64,000 nt of DNA from an uncultured Eubacteriales bacterium (lineage in GTDB: Bacteria > Bacillota > Clostridia > Christensenellales > CAG-314), in assembly GCA_948938605.1 (NCBI GenBank), contig CARAIG010000079.1:15-64014 (forward strand), given 5' to 3'. Below are positions 18,385 through 28,076 of the stretch, piece after piece. The notes under the pieces are model-generated. The model did no database searches, had not been told where the DNA came from, and worked only from the letters and a program-made list of their open reading frames with translations. The position numbers were made by a program, and so were the translations under genes. The first letter of the stretch is position 1; the number at the start of each line of letters is the position of its first letter.

Positions 18385-18517
18385 TACCGTGAGGGAGTAA
18401 TTTGCGTCATTAGACGTAACAACTGCCGTCAACCGACATTAAAGCAATGTCCGGTACTGTTTAAAAAATGAGACTCACGCAACCTACAAAAGTATTTTAG
18501 GGTTGCGTGAGTTTTTT
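18385..18517 (+). promoter_or_regulatory. Riboswitch-like leader with an intrinsic terminator (best guess yybP-ykoY Mn2+/Ca2+ class)
   Basis: A TACCG...CGGTA closing helix, a GAGGGAGUAA loop, GUCAACCGACAUUAAAGCAAUGUC, then a 12-bp terminator stem ACTCACGCAACC/GGTTGCGTGAGT plus T6 (18472-18517). All of this lies about 110 nt upstream of a P-type ATPase. Confidence 0.4.
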
Positions 18518-18625
18518 ATTATCGTTTTTTAGCAAGGCTGAGCAAATGCCGGCAAAACATTATTGTTGTCAAATCATTTTAAACAATGCGGATCAAAAAA
18601 ACAAACCGCAAAAAGGAGCATATGG

Positions 18626-21304
18626 ATGAACGAATACAAACTAACCGTCGAACAAACTTTAAACGAAGTAGAATCGACCGCAGACGGATTGACTGGCGCA
18701 CAAGCGGGTGAGCGCTTAAAGACAAACGGCGCAAACGTACTTACGCAAGGCAAAAAAACTCCGTTAATTGTAAAGTTTTTAAAACAATTAGCCGACCCGA
18801 TGATACTAATTTTGCTAATAGCAGCCGTAGTAAGTTTAGTGCTGACCATTGTAAATAATGCCGACCCCTCAAACGAAAAGGAATCGTTTGCCGACGTAAT
18901 TATAATTTCAATAGTCGTAATACTTAACGCCACGTTGAGCGTAATTCAAGAAGGACGCGCCGAAAAATCACTTGCCGCACTGCAATCGATGACAAAAGCG
19001 CAAGCAAAGGTAAAGCGCGACGGCAAATTGATAACAGTCGACAGTGCCGACTTGGTTGTAGGCGACGTTATAATACTCGAAGCGGGCGACAGCATTCCCG
19101 CCGATTGCAGGATAATTTTTGCCGCAAGTTTAAAAGTAGAAGAATCGGCTTTAACGGGCGAAAGCGTACCCGTAGACAAAAACGCATTGCCATGCGAAGC
19201 CGACACGCCCCTTGCCGAACGCAAAAATATGCTTTATTCGGGCAGCAACGTTGTTTACGGACGTGCCGAAGCGGTAATCACCGCTACCGCTATGCAAACC
19301 GAAATGGGTAAAATTGCAAGCGTCATTGCCAACGCTCGTGACGAAAAAACCCCGCTGCAAATTAAAATGGCGCAACTGTCGCGCATATTGACATATGTGG
19401 TAGCGGGCATATCTTTGTTTATATTTGCCTTTAACTTGATTATAAAAGGGGTACAGGTCGATTCCGTAATGGACAGTTTGTTCACTGCAATAGGACTTGC
19501 GGTAGCTGCTATTCCCGAAGGGTTGGCAACGGTAGTTACAATCGTACTGTCAATCGGCGTAACTAATATGAGCAAACAACACGCCATTATCCGCAAATTG
19601 ACGGCAGTCGAAACGCTGGGCTGCGCCCAAATCATTTGCAGCGACAAAACGGGAACGCTGACGCAAAACGTAATGACCGTAACCGAAACCTTTACCAACG
19701 ACGAACAAGTTTTATGTTACGCAATGAGTTTGTGCAACGACTGCGTCGTATCGCAAAGTAACGTGCAAGGCGAACCCACCGAAAAAGCGCTTGTAAATTA
19801 CGGGCTTAAAGCCGGATACGACAAATCGCAAATCGAACTGACGCTACCGCGAATTGCCGAAGCCCCGTTTGACTCCGAACGCAAAATGATGTCCACGTTG
19901 CACCAATGGAACGAACAAGTAGTTCAGTTTACAAAAGGTGCGCCCGACGAAATAATTAAGCGTTGCAACAAAATTCTTGTTAGCGGCAAAGCGCAGACAA
20001 TGCAAGATAACCAACGTCAACAAGTGCTTGAACACAACAAACAAATGGCGGACAAAGCGTTGCGCGTGCTTGCTTGCGCGTATGTAGTTTACGACAAACT
20101 GCCCGACGACATAACACCGCAATCTATCGAATGCAATATGGTATTTGTAGGATTGTGCGGAATGATCGATCCTGTGCGCGAAGAAGTAACCGCAGCAGTA
20201 CTCCAATGCAAAACCGCCGGCATACGCCCGATTATGATAACGGGCGACCACATCGACACCGCCGTTGCCATAGCCAAACAATTGGGAATAATCACAAGCC
20301 CCGATCAAGCGTTGCTCGGCTCCGCACTGGACGGACTGACAGACGAACAGTTTGAACAAACAATAGCAAATTATTCGGTTTACGCCCGCGTCCAACCCGA
20401 ACACAAAGTACGAATTGTTCAAACGTGGAAAAAACTAGGCAAAGTGTGCGCTATGACGGGTGACGGCGTAAACGACGCACCCGCAATTAAATGCGCCGAC
20501 ATCGGAGTAGGTATGGGAATTACTGGGACGGACGTAACAAAAGCCGCCGCCGATATGACGTTAACCGACGACAATTTTGCCACTATCGTCACCGCCGTTG
20601 CCGAAGGACGGCGTATTTACGAAAATATACGCAAAGCCATACAGTTTTTGCTGTCCAGCAATCTTGCCGAAGTAATTGCGGTATTTGCGGCTACGCTATG
20701 CGGTTTTACTCTGCTTAAACCTGCGCATTTGTTGTGGATAAACCTGATTACCGACACGTTGCCCGCAGTTGCACTAGGTACCGAACAACCCGAAGCCGAC
20801 ATTATGAACCGTCCGCCGCGCAGTAAAAAAAGCGGCATATTTGCCGACGGTCTCGGAGTGAACGTACTGCTGCACGGACTTTTAGTGGCTGGCATTACGC
20901 TTGCGGCGTATTTTGTAGGACACCATTTACAAGGCGTAACGGAAGTTAAAGGGTTAGTAAGCGAGCAAGGAATGACAATGGCGTTTTTGACAATGAGCGC
21001 AACCGAACTGTTCCACTCCTTTAACGCGCGCAGTATGCGCAAAAGCCTGTTTGCAACAAAAAAACAAAACAAACTGTTATGGATAGGTCTGTTAAGTTCG
21101 TTAGCGCTGTCTACTGCGGTAATATTTATCCCCGGCGTAAACACTGCTTTTGGCTTTGCAAACAGCGACGGCATAGCATATATAAACATTACCGAGTACT
21201 TAATTTCCATTGCGCTTGCATTTGCAATAATACCGCTTGTTGAAGTACAAAAATTGATAGCAAACGCAATAAGCTTTAAAAAAGACAAACGTAAACAAAA
21301 ATAA
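18626..21304 (+). CDS. P-type cation-transporting ATPase (P2-type, Ca2+/Mn2+ exporter-like)
   Basis: Motifs DKTGTLT, TGDHIDTA, TGDGVNDAPA and a Cation_ATPase_N/C architecture. ATG 18626 follows an AAAGGAG RBS. Confidence 0.9.
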   Translation: MNEYKLTVEQTLNEVESTADGLTGAQAGERLKTNGANVLTQGKKTPLIVKFLKQLADPMILILLIAAVVSLVLTIVNNADPSNEKESFADVIIISIVVILNATLSVIQEGRAEKSLAALQSMTKAQAKVKRDGKLITVDSADLVVGDVIILEAGDSIPADCRIIFAASLKVEESALTGESVPVDKNALPCEADTPLAERKNMLYSGSNVVYGRAEAVITATAMQTEMGKIASVIANARDEKTPLQIKMAQLSRILTYVVAGISLFIFAFNLIIKGVQVDSVMDSLFTAIGLAVAAIPEGLATVVTIVLSIGVTNMSKQHAIIRKLTAVETLGCAQIICSDKTGTLTQNVMTVTETFTNDEQVLCYAMSLCNDCVVSQSNVQGEPTEKALVNYGLKAGYDKSQIELTLPRIAEAPFDSERKMMSTLHQWNEQVVQFTKGAPDEIIKRCNKILVSGKAQTMQDNQRQQVLEHNKQMADKALRVLACAYVVYDKLPDDITPQSIECNMVFVGLCGMIDPVREEVTAAVLQCKTAGIRPIMITGDHIDTAVAIAKQLGIITSPDQALLGSALDGLTDEQFEQTIANYSVYARVQPEHKVRIVQTWKKLGKVCAMTGDGVNDAPAIKCADIGVGMGITGTDVTKAAADMTLTDDNFATIVTAVAEGRRIYENIRKAIQFLLSSNLAEVIAVFAATLCGFTLLKPAHLLWINLITDTLPAVALGTEQPEADIMNRPPRSKKSGIFADGLGVNVLLHGLLVAGITLAAYFVGHHLQGVTEVKGLVSEQGMTMAFLTMSATELFHSFNARSMRKSLFATKKQNKLLWIGLLSSLALSTAVIFIPGVNTAFGFANSDGIAYINITEYLISIALAFAIIPLVEVQKLIANAISFKKDKRKQK

Positions 21305-21357
21305 TATTGCAAATTCCGTTTTAAATATTTTGTTCCAGCAAATTATATGTACAAAAA

Positions 21358-21386
21358 ACAGCAAACTCAAAAAGTTTGCTGTTTTT
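21358..21386 (+). terminator. Rho-independent terminator after the ATPase
   Basis: ACAGCAAAC-loop-GTTTGCTGT followed by TTTT. Confidence 0.7.
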
Positions 21387-21487
21387 CGTCTAATATGCAA
21401 TTATCAATAATTTTTTACTAACGGGCGCAATTGCCGTCCGCAAACAAATAAGCCGTCTGTTAAATACGCAGTAGCACGACTTTTATT

Positions 21488-21934
21488 TTAGCGGAACAAG
21501 CCCGACAGTCCGACAACTAAGCCTGCGCAAATACCTACGACTACTGCAAGCACTATCCACCAAGCGCCTTTCTTTTTACCTTGTTTACGGTTAGCAATGG
21601 CTTCGGGATTGTCGTTATTGTCAAACAAAAAAGCGTTTCCGTGCGACAAACTGAATTTGTTTTTACCTGTCAACGTAATATCTTCGCTGCCTTCGGGCAG
21701 TTGGTAAAAGTCGTTACAGTAATCTTTGCTTACCGTATCGGCAATTACATACACCTTTGCAGCGTTGTCGCTTATTTCAAATGTTTTGGTTTCGCCGTTT
21801 TTAAGTGTTCCGATCGAAGCGCACGCCACGCCGTTTATTGAAATATCCCCCGCATTAGGCGTTTCGATACATACAGTCATAGTCATTAACGACGCAACAA
21901 ACGTTTTGCGCCTTTCGATAGTAAGTTTTCGCAT
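21488..21934 (-). CDS. Hypothetical protein with a C-terminal TM anchor
   Basis: 148-aa ORF with the C-terminal hydrophobic helix WWIVLAVVVGICAGLVVGL. No family recognised. Confidence 0.5.
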   Translation of the reverse strand: MRKLTIERRKTFVASLMTMTVCIETPNAGDISINGVACASIGTLKNGETKTFEISDNAAKVYVIADTVSKDYCNDFYQLPEGSEDITLTGKNKFSLSHGNAFLFDNNDNPEAIANRKQGKKKGAWWIVLAVVVGICAGLVVGLSGLFR

Positions 21935-22115
21935 ATATTACCCCTTTTGAATTTTATTTGTCGGTAATGTTTTTTACCATAGTAATTATGGCATATTACT
22001 TTTATTATGTCAATAATGAAATTAACACAAATACGTTTTATGTATAAAAATCACTCTCTTATACCTAGCAACGCAATATTACACCCTAAATTGTAAAAAC
22101 AAAAAAAGCGATAAT

Positions 22116-22199
22116 AAAAAAAAGTCCCCGAAACTCGCCGTTCGGGGCACTGTCGCAAAGACTTGCAACCGGCTTAAACGGTAAAAACCGTTTAACTGC
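22116..22199 (-). ncRNA. Candidate small RNA, copy 1 of a tandem pair
   Basis: Own promoter TTGACT (22234-22229), 17 nt, TATAAT (22211-22206). Two internal hairpins. Terminator CCCCGAA-loop-TTCGGGG plus T8. Confidence 0.55.
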
Positions 22200-22251
22200 T
22201 CATTTATTATACAGCATCGACAAGATAAAGTCAACAAATAATTGAAACAAT

Positions 22252-22330
22252 AAAAAAGTCCCCGAAACTAAACCGTTCGGGGCGCTGTCACAAGTCAGTG
22301 ACGGGGATAAACGTTAAAACCGTTTAACTG
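22252..22330 (-). ncRNA. Candidate small RNA, copy 2 of a tandem pair
   Basis: Own promoter TTGACT (22365-22360), 17 nt, TATACT (22342-22337). Same three-hairpin layout as copy 1. Terminator CCCCGAA-loop-TTCGGGG plus T6. Confidence 0.55.
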
Positions 22331-22386
22331 TTTATTAGTATACAACATTGACTAAGCAAAGTCAATTAAACAAACCGATCAAATAA

Positions 22387-23091
22387 TTAATCGTTTGCAA
22401 TCAAGTCCTTTATTACCTCGCCCGCAACAATCAGTCCCGCAACCGACGGCACATAGGATATACTTGCGGGAGTTTGACGTTTTTCCGACTGTTCGGGGTT
22501 AACGGGCGCAAGGGGCTGTTCTTGCGAGTACACTACTTTTAAATGTTCGATACCGCGTTTTTTAAGTTCCTTGCGCATAACTTTTGCAAGGGGACAAACG
22601 CTTGTTTGGTAAATGTCCGCAACTTTAAATTCGGTTGCGTCCAACTTGTTTCCTGTTCCCATACAGGATATTATCGGGGTATTTTGTTCAAAGCAAATTT
22701 CGGCAAGCAGTAATTTCGAAGTTACGCTGTCTATTGCGTCGACAACGTAGTCGAATGTAGAAAAGTCGAATCGACAAACGCTTTTTCCGTCAAAACGTAC
22801 TTGTAATGCGTAAACGGTGCAATCGGGATTGATGTCGTTAATGCGTTTTTGCGCAACGGCGACTTTTGCTTGTCCCACAGTCGAATGCAGTGCGTAAAGT
22901 TGACGGTTGACGTTGCTTAGCGCAATAACGTCGTCGTCTACAACGGTTAGGCTGCCTACTCCCGCACGCGCAAGCGCTTCGACGGCAAAACTGCCCACTC
23001 CGCCCAAACCGAACACCGCAACGTGTTTTGTACGCAATTTTTTAACGGCGTCTTCGCCTATTAACATTTCCGTCCTGCAAAATTGGGACAT
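22387..23091 (-). CDS. tcdA: ThiF/HesA-family E1-like enzyme, tRNA threonylcarbamoyladenosine dehydratase-like
   Basis: Dinucleotide fold VAVFGLGGVGS and ThiF-family length. ATG 23091 follows a GAGG RBS. Confidence 0.6.
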   Translation of the reverse strand: MSQFCRTEMLIGEDAVKKLRTKHVAVFGLGGVGSFAVEALARAGVGSLTVVDDDVIALSNVNRQLYALHSTVGQAKVAVAQKRINDINPDCTVYALQVRFDGKSVCRFDFSTFDYVVDAIDSVTSKLLLAEICFEQNTPIISCMGTGNKLDATEFKVADIYQTSVCPLAKVMRKELKKRGIEHLKVVYSQEQPLAPVNPEQSEKRQTPASISYVPSVAGLIVAGEVIKDLIAND

Positions 23092-23183
23092 AGTACTACC
23101 TCGCATAAAATTATTGCAATTCCGCAAACTCCAAGTAATAACACAAGCGCGCGGTTACGCGTATACTGACAAGAGGGCAAACA

Positions 23184-24038
23184 GTGAATTGCAAAGTTAT
23201 AGTTAATGCCGACAGCGGCAATTACAACCGTTTGGATTTAGACAAACTGCTTAATAATTTGGGTTGCGTAAACACCGTCGTCGAATTAATCGACAGTCAT
23301 AGCGATTGGTCTGCCGACGGGTGCGACACCGTAATTGTTTGCGGCGGGGACGGAACGTTACATAACGCGCTAAAAAAATGTCCCGACAAACACATTGTTT
23401 ACGCTCCTTGCGGAACTCTCAACGAATTTGCCAAAACTTGCGCCGCCGTCAATTCGGTAGGCAAAGTAAACGACGAACCTTTCGGTTACGTCTGCGCAAC
23501 AGGCAGTTTTACCGAAATAGGATATTCCGCAAACAACAAACACAAAAAACGTTTTAAAGCGTTAGCGTATTTACCGCAAATACTGCAAACGTACCGCAGT
23601 CACGAAATATCCGCCGAACTTACAATTGACGGCAAAACGTACAAAGACAATTACACATTGCTTATGGTACTTAAAAGCAACCGTTGCTTCGGTTTTAATT
23701 TTAACAAAAGTTACTCTAAAAACAACGGATTGTACCTTATTGCAATTAAGTCGAAAGGAACTGACAATTTTACTAACCGCTTCAAAATGTTTTTTCCGTT
23801 TTTCCGCGTGTTTTTTTGCGGCGTAAAAGCCCCTAAAACGACAAACGGTTTTACAGTAATACCGTTTAAAGATTTAACGGTAAAACTCAAAACGCCGCAA
23901 AATTTTTGTTTAGACGGCGAAAAACGCGTTTTATCGGGTAAATTACACTTTTGCGAACAAACACTCAGCAATGAAATTGCCGTCGTTAAAACGCCGTTTA
24001 AACGCCGAGTTTTTGCACCAAGTCGGAAGCCCCTTTAA
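23184..24038 (+). CDS. Diacylglycerol/lipid kinase family protein (YegS-like)
   Basis: DAGK catalytic motif VIVCGGDGTLHNAL. GTG start follows an AGAGGG RBS. The 3-prime end overlaps the convergent HAD gene by 41 nt. Confidence 0.65.
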   Translation: MNCKVIVNADSGNYNRLDLDKLLNNLGCVNTVVELIDSHSDWSADGCDTVIVCGGDGTLHNALKKCPDKHIVYAPCGTLNEFAKTCAAVNSVGKVNDEPFGYVCATGSFTEIGYSANNKHKKRFKALAYLPQILQTYRSHEISAELTIDGKTYKDNYTLLMVLKSNRCFGFNFNKSYSKNNGLYLIAIKSKGTDNFTNRFKMFFPFFRVFFCGVKAPKTTNGFTVIPFKDLTVKLKTPQNFCLDGEKRVLSGKLHFCEQTLSNEIAVVKTPFKRRVFAPSRKPL

Positions 24039-24561
24039 ACAGGATCGGGGTTATGCCGAACCGCTCCAAATCCCTTAAATTGTTGGGATTGTCGTCGGTA
24101 AAATATATGTTGTTAAATTGTTCGGTAAAGCTGTCTACGCACAGTTTGTAAAACTCGCAATCGGGCTTAGCATAGCCGTACGCAGCCGACACGAATACCT
24201 TGTCAAACAACCCGAACAAGCCGTATTTGTTAAACAAATAATCTATGTAAGACGTTGCCGCATTGGATAATAAAGCGATGCAGTGTCCCTGCGCTTTTAA
24301 CTGCTTAATAACGTCTACCGTATCGGCAAATAAACATTCGTAACTTGCCCATTCTCTTTTAGCCTGCTCGACGCTTACGTTGCTCAATTCCGCCAAAGTA
24401 ACAAACATATCGTCCATTGTTATAACGCCTTTATCCAAATTGCGAAAAACAACGCTACGCATATATTTTTTTTGTTCGTCATTTAAATATTTATCTGTAA
24501 ACAACGACGAAACTTCGGAAATTATTACTCCGAAACAATCGAAAATATACAAATTTCTCAT
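23998..24561 (-). CDS. HAD-superfamily hydrolase (atypical motif I)
   Basis: N-terminal IFDCFGVI (first Asp present, second Asp replaced) and later LSNA and TDDNPNN motifs. Confidence 0.55.
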   Translation of the reverse strand: MRNLYIFDCFGVIISEVSSLFTDKYLNDEQKKYMRSVVFRNLDKGVITMDDMFVTLAELSNVSVEQAKREWASYECLFADTVDVIKQLKAQGHCIALLSNAATSYIDYLFNKYGLFGLFDKVFVSAAYGYAKPDCEFYKLCVDSFTEQFNNIYFTDDNPNNLRDLERFGITPILFKGASDLVQKLGV

Positions 24562-24605
24562 TATATTCTCACACCTTTATTGCATTTAAAAATTCATCAA
24601 ACGGT

Positions 24606-25619
24606 TCATTTATTGTACCCTTTGGGGTTTTTTGTTTGCCAGTTCCACAACGACGAACACATATCGTCCATTGTTAAATCGGCTTGCCAGCCAAGTTCCC
24701 TTTTTGCCTTTGCGCAATCGGCATAACAAGCGGCAATATCGCCGTCCCTGCGCCCTACTATTTTGTACGGTACGTTATGCCCGCACGCTTTGCTAAACGA
24801 ATCGATAACTTGCAGTACCGAATAGCCGTTGCCTGTACCCAAGTTATAAACGTACACGCCGTTGTCCTTTACCCCGCAAATTGCGGCGACGTGTCCTTTT
24901 GCAAGGTCGACTACGTGGATATAATCGCGTACGCCCGTTCCGTCGGGAGTGTTGTAGTCGTTGCCGAAAACGTTAACTTGGGGCAGTTCACCTATTGCAA
25001 CCTTTGCAACAAACGGCGTAAGATTGTTGGGTATACCCTTGGGATCTTCCCCGATAAGTCCGCTTGGATGCGCGCCGACAGGGTTGAAATAACGCAACAA
25101 CACCACGGTCCAGTTGTTATCCGACTTGTATAAGTCGGTCAATATTATCTCTTGGAAATACTTGCTCGTTCCGTACGGATTGGTTGTCCCGCCCGTTTTG
25201 CATTCTTCCGTCAACGGCAGCACTTCGGGGTCGCCGTATACGGTTGCGGACGAAGAAAAGACGATTTTTTTACAATTGTGCGCCCGCATAACTTCCAACA
25301 ATACAAGTGTTCCGTACAAATTGTTGTCGTAATACTCTAACGGTTTTGCGCAACTTTCGCCCACTGCTTTAAGTCCCGCAAAGTGAATTACGCAGTCGAT
25401 TTTTTGCTCATCGAAAACTTTGTTCAACAAATTTCTGTCGCGAACATCCCCTTCGTAAAAAACAACATCGCGTCCCGTAATAGTTTTGATACGGTTAAGC
25501 ACTTCGGGCGACGAATTGGAAAAGTTGTCTATTGCAACAACATCGTGCCCTTTGTCCAAAAGTTCCACACAAGTGTGCGAACCAATATAGCCGGCACCCC
25601 CGCTAACAAGTATTTTCAT
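24606..25619 (-). CDS. galE: UDP-glucose 4-epimerase
   Basis: MKILVSGGAGYIGSH, the YGTSK catalytic motif, 337 aa. Confidence 0.9.
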   Translation of the reverse strand: MKILVSGGAGYIGSHTCVELLDKGHDVVAIDNFSNSSPEVLNRIKTITGRDVVFYEGDVRDRNLLNKVFDEQKIDCVIHFAGLKAVGESCAKPLEYYDNNLYGTLVLLEVMRAHNCKKIVFSSSATVYGDPEVLPLTEECKTGGTTNPYGTSKYFQEIILTDLYKSDNNWTVVLLRYFNPVGAHPSGLIGEDPKGIPNNLTPFVAKVAIGELPQVNVFGNDYNTPDGTGVRDYIHVVDLAKGHVAAICGVKDNGVYVYNLGTGNGYSVLQVIDSFSKACGHNVPYKIVGRRDGDIAACYADCAKAKRELGWQADLTMDDMCSSLWNWQTKNPKGYNK

Positions 25620-25656
25620 TTTAAACCTCCTGTTTTGTTTAACATCGATTTATAAA

Positions 25657-27000
25657 TTATTGCGTGCGTCTAACAAGCAAAACCACTGTTTCCACTTGAT
25701 CGGTTTGCGGAAAAAGATCGTACGGTTCGACATAGGTAACTTTATATCCCGCCGACAACTGCGCTATATCGCGGGCTAATGTTGCCGAATCGCACGAAAC
25801 GTACACTATGTTATCGACTTGCGCCGACAAAATCGTGTTGCACACCGTTTCGCCCAGACCTTTGCGCGGAGGGTCAACCACCATAGTTATGCGTTTGCCG
25901 TTAAGTTGGTTTGTAAGTTTTGGCAGTTCGACGTTAACGTCACCGCATATATTAGTTATGCGTTTACCGTTAATTTCAGCAAGTGCGTTTGCATCGTCTG
26001 CGGCGGAAGGCTCGATTTCGATTGCGTAAGTATCGAACCTGTCGTCTGCCAGTACGTTAGTCAGCACTCCCACTCCGCTGAAACAATCGATTAACGCTTG
26101 CGTTTGCGACGTATTCAACAATTCCTTTACCTTGCTGTAAATGGCGTTTTTAACTTCGTCATTGACTTGGAAAAAGCTTTCGATTTGCAAGCGGAATTTA
26201 ACGCCCAAATGTTCGCTTTCGATGTATTTCAGCCCGTAAATATAACGTGTTGTTTTACCTAAAATTACGTTGTTTTTATTGTTGTTTATGTTTATAAACA
26301 AACCGAATTTGTCAAACGATTTGTTTAAGCGGTCTATTAAAGGCTGTAAATCGTGCTTAAATTCGCCGTTTACTACAAGTGCAACAAGTAACTGTCCGTC
26401 GATATAACGCGCCACCAAATGCCTAACTTCCCCTTTAAAAGTACGTTCGTCATACGGGGCTATTTTATATGCGTTTAAGTATTCGGTAACTTCGTTTGCA
26501 AGCGTCGTTGCCCAACTTCCGCACAGCAAACAGCCGTTAGTTTTAACTGCCTTGTGGGTGCCTTTTTGGTACATTCCAGCATACGCCTTGCCTTGCGTTC
26601 CGCATATGGGCAAGCTGATTTTATTGCGGTATTCAAGTTGCTTGGGCGAAGGAAAACAAGGTAAAACGTCACAGTCGGTTTTGCCTATTTTGCGCAGATT
26701 TTGCATTACTTTGTTACGCTTAAAATTAAGCTGTTCGGCATAACTCATACGGGACAATACGCATCCGCCGCATTTGCCGAAATGTTTACACTTGGGGTTA
26801 ACGCTTAAAGGCGACGTTGTTATAAATTCAACAATGCGGGCGTAGGCAATGTTTTTCTTTACATAAGTAACCTTAACCTTAGCCGTTTCGCCTGCGAGCA
26901 TATTAGGGACAAACACCGTGTAACCGTCGACATATCCGACTGTTTCGGAATTGGCGTAGCTTTCGGCAGTATATGTAATTATATCGTCTTGTTTAAGCAT
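25657..27000 (-). CDS. 23S rRNA (uracil-5)-methyltransferase RumA/RlmD family
   Basis: TRAM-like N-terminus, a CKHFGKCGGC 4Fe-4S cluster motif, and a SAM methyltransferase C-terminus (DPPRKG, VYVSCDSATLARD). Confidence 0.8.
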   Translation of the reverse strand: MLKQDDIITYTAESYANSETVGYVDGYTVFVPNMLAGETAKVKVTYVKKNIAYARIVEFITTSPLSVNPKCKHFGKCGGCVLSRMSYAEQLNFKRNKVMQNLRKIGKTDCDVLPCFPSPKQLEYRNKISLPICGTQGKAYAGMYQKGTHKAVKTNGCLLCGSWATTLANEVTEYLNAYKIAPYDERTFKGEVRHLVARYIDGQLLVALVVNGEFKHDLQPLIDRLNKSFDKFGLFININNNKNNVILGKTTRYIYGLKYIESEHLGVKFRLQIESFFQVNDEVKNAIYSKVKELLNTSQTQALIDCFSGVGVLTNVLADDRFDTYAIEIEPSAADDANALAEINGKRITNICGDVNVELPKLTNQLNGKRITMVVDPPRKGLGETVCNTILSAQVDNIVYVSCDSATLARDIAQLSAGYKVTYVEPYDLFPQTDQVETVVLLVRRTQ

Positions 27001-27002
27001 AG

Positions 27003-28076
27003 TTAAATTTTAAAAGATATTACAAAGGTACTGCCCTTGCCCGCTTCGCTGCGGACGGAAATACTGCCGTCCAAAACTTCTACGATTTTTTTGACTATTG
27101 ACAAACCTAAACCGTTGCCTTGCGTAGTATGCGACTTGTCGCCTTGATAAAATTTGTTGAAGATATTTTGCATAACTTCGGGGGACATTCCGCACCCGTC
27201 GTCGGTAACGGTAACAATCACGCAATTGTTTTCGATTTTGCACCCTACCGATATATTACCGTTTTCATCGGTAAATTTAACCGCATTTGTCAGCAAATTA
27301 ACCCACACTTGGTTGAGCAATTTGGAGTTGCTTTCTATTTGGACGTTTTCGTCGATATTTGCTTCGAGTGTAATATTTTTTTCGCGGCACTGTCTGTCAA
27401 ACATCAGCACGCATTGACGCAATTGTTCGTCCAAACTAAAACGTTCCTTTACTACGACTTGCGTATCAAGGCGGTTAAGCAGCAATACGCTTTCAGACAG
27501 TCCTACAAGTCGATCCGATTCGGAAATAATTATATCCAAAAATTCTTCCTTTTGTTCGTCGGTCAAAGTCGGATCTTTAAGCAATTTTGCAAAACCCGAA
27601 ATCGATACGATAGGCGTTTTAAATTCGTGCGAAAAATCGCTTATAAAACCTTCGCGTAACGTTTCGACGCTTTCCAACTGCTGAACCATATTATTGAAAT
27701 TATCGGCAATACCGAAGTTGGAAAATATTGAACTGTCCTTTATTCGTACCGTAAAATCGCATTCCGCCGCCCGCTGCAACGCTTCGAGATACGGTCTGCT
27801 TGCCCTAATCATTATTGCGGAATATGCAAACGACAGCGCAAGTCCGAATATAACGCTCATACCCATAACTATTACCGCAAATACAAGTATGTTATCTTCG
27901 TCTACGCGCATCCATTTGGCTACAAGCGCCGACATACCGAATGTTATAATAGACGAAATCGTAAGCAACAAAAACAACCCCAAAACAACAATTAAAGTTA
28001 TGCGGTTGAATATCTGATTGCGTTTTACGCCGTCAACCTTTTTAGCATTTTTATTATTTAGTTTATTTTTACTCAT
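27003..28076 (-). CDS. Sensor histidine kinase
   Basis: H-box FISDFSHEFKTPI and G-box GNGLGLSIVKK. The ATG 28076 start overlaps the response regulator stop by 8 nt. Confidence 0.85.
   Translation of the reverse strand: MSKNKLNNKNAKKVDGVKRNQIFNRITLIVVLGLFLLLTISSIITFGMSALVAKWMRVDEDNILVFAVIVMGMSVIFGLALSFAYSAIMIRASRPYLEALQRAAECDFTVRIKDSSIFSNFGIADNFNNMVQQLESVETLREGFISDFSHEFKTPIVSISGFAKLLKDPTLTDEQKEEFLDIIISESDRLVGLSESVLLLNRLDTQVVVKERFSLDEQLRQCVLMFDRQCREKNITLEANIDENVQIESNSKLLNQVWVNLLTNAVKFTDENGNISVGCKIENNCVIVTVTDDGCGMSPEVMQNIFNKFYQGDKSHTTQGNGLGLSIVKKIVEVLDGSISVRSEAGKGSTFVISFKI

Noticed and set aside
22116-22365. The tandem ~130-bp repeat, considered as a possible CRISPR or minisatellite.
   Set aside because: There are only two copies, the units are far longer than CRISPR repeats, there is no repeat/spacer alternation and no cas genes. 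Each unit has a promoter and terminator, so it is reported as an sRNA pair instead.
23998-24038. The 41-nt 3-prime overlap of the convergent lipid-kinase and HAD genes, considered as a possible regulatory antisense arrangement.
   Set aside because: Convergent overlaps of this size are common in compact genomes. The lipid-kinase C-terminal tail (KRRVFAPSRKPL) may simply be unconstrained. No extra structure is seen.
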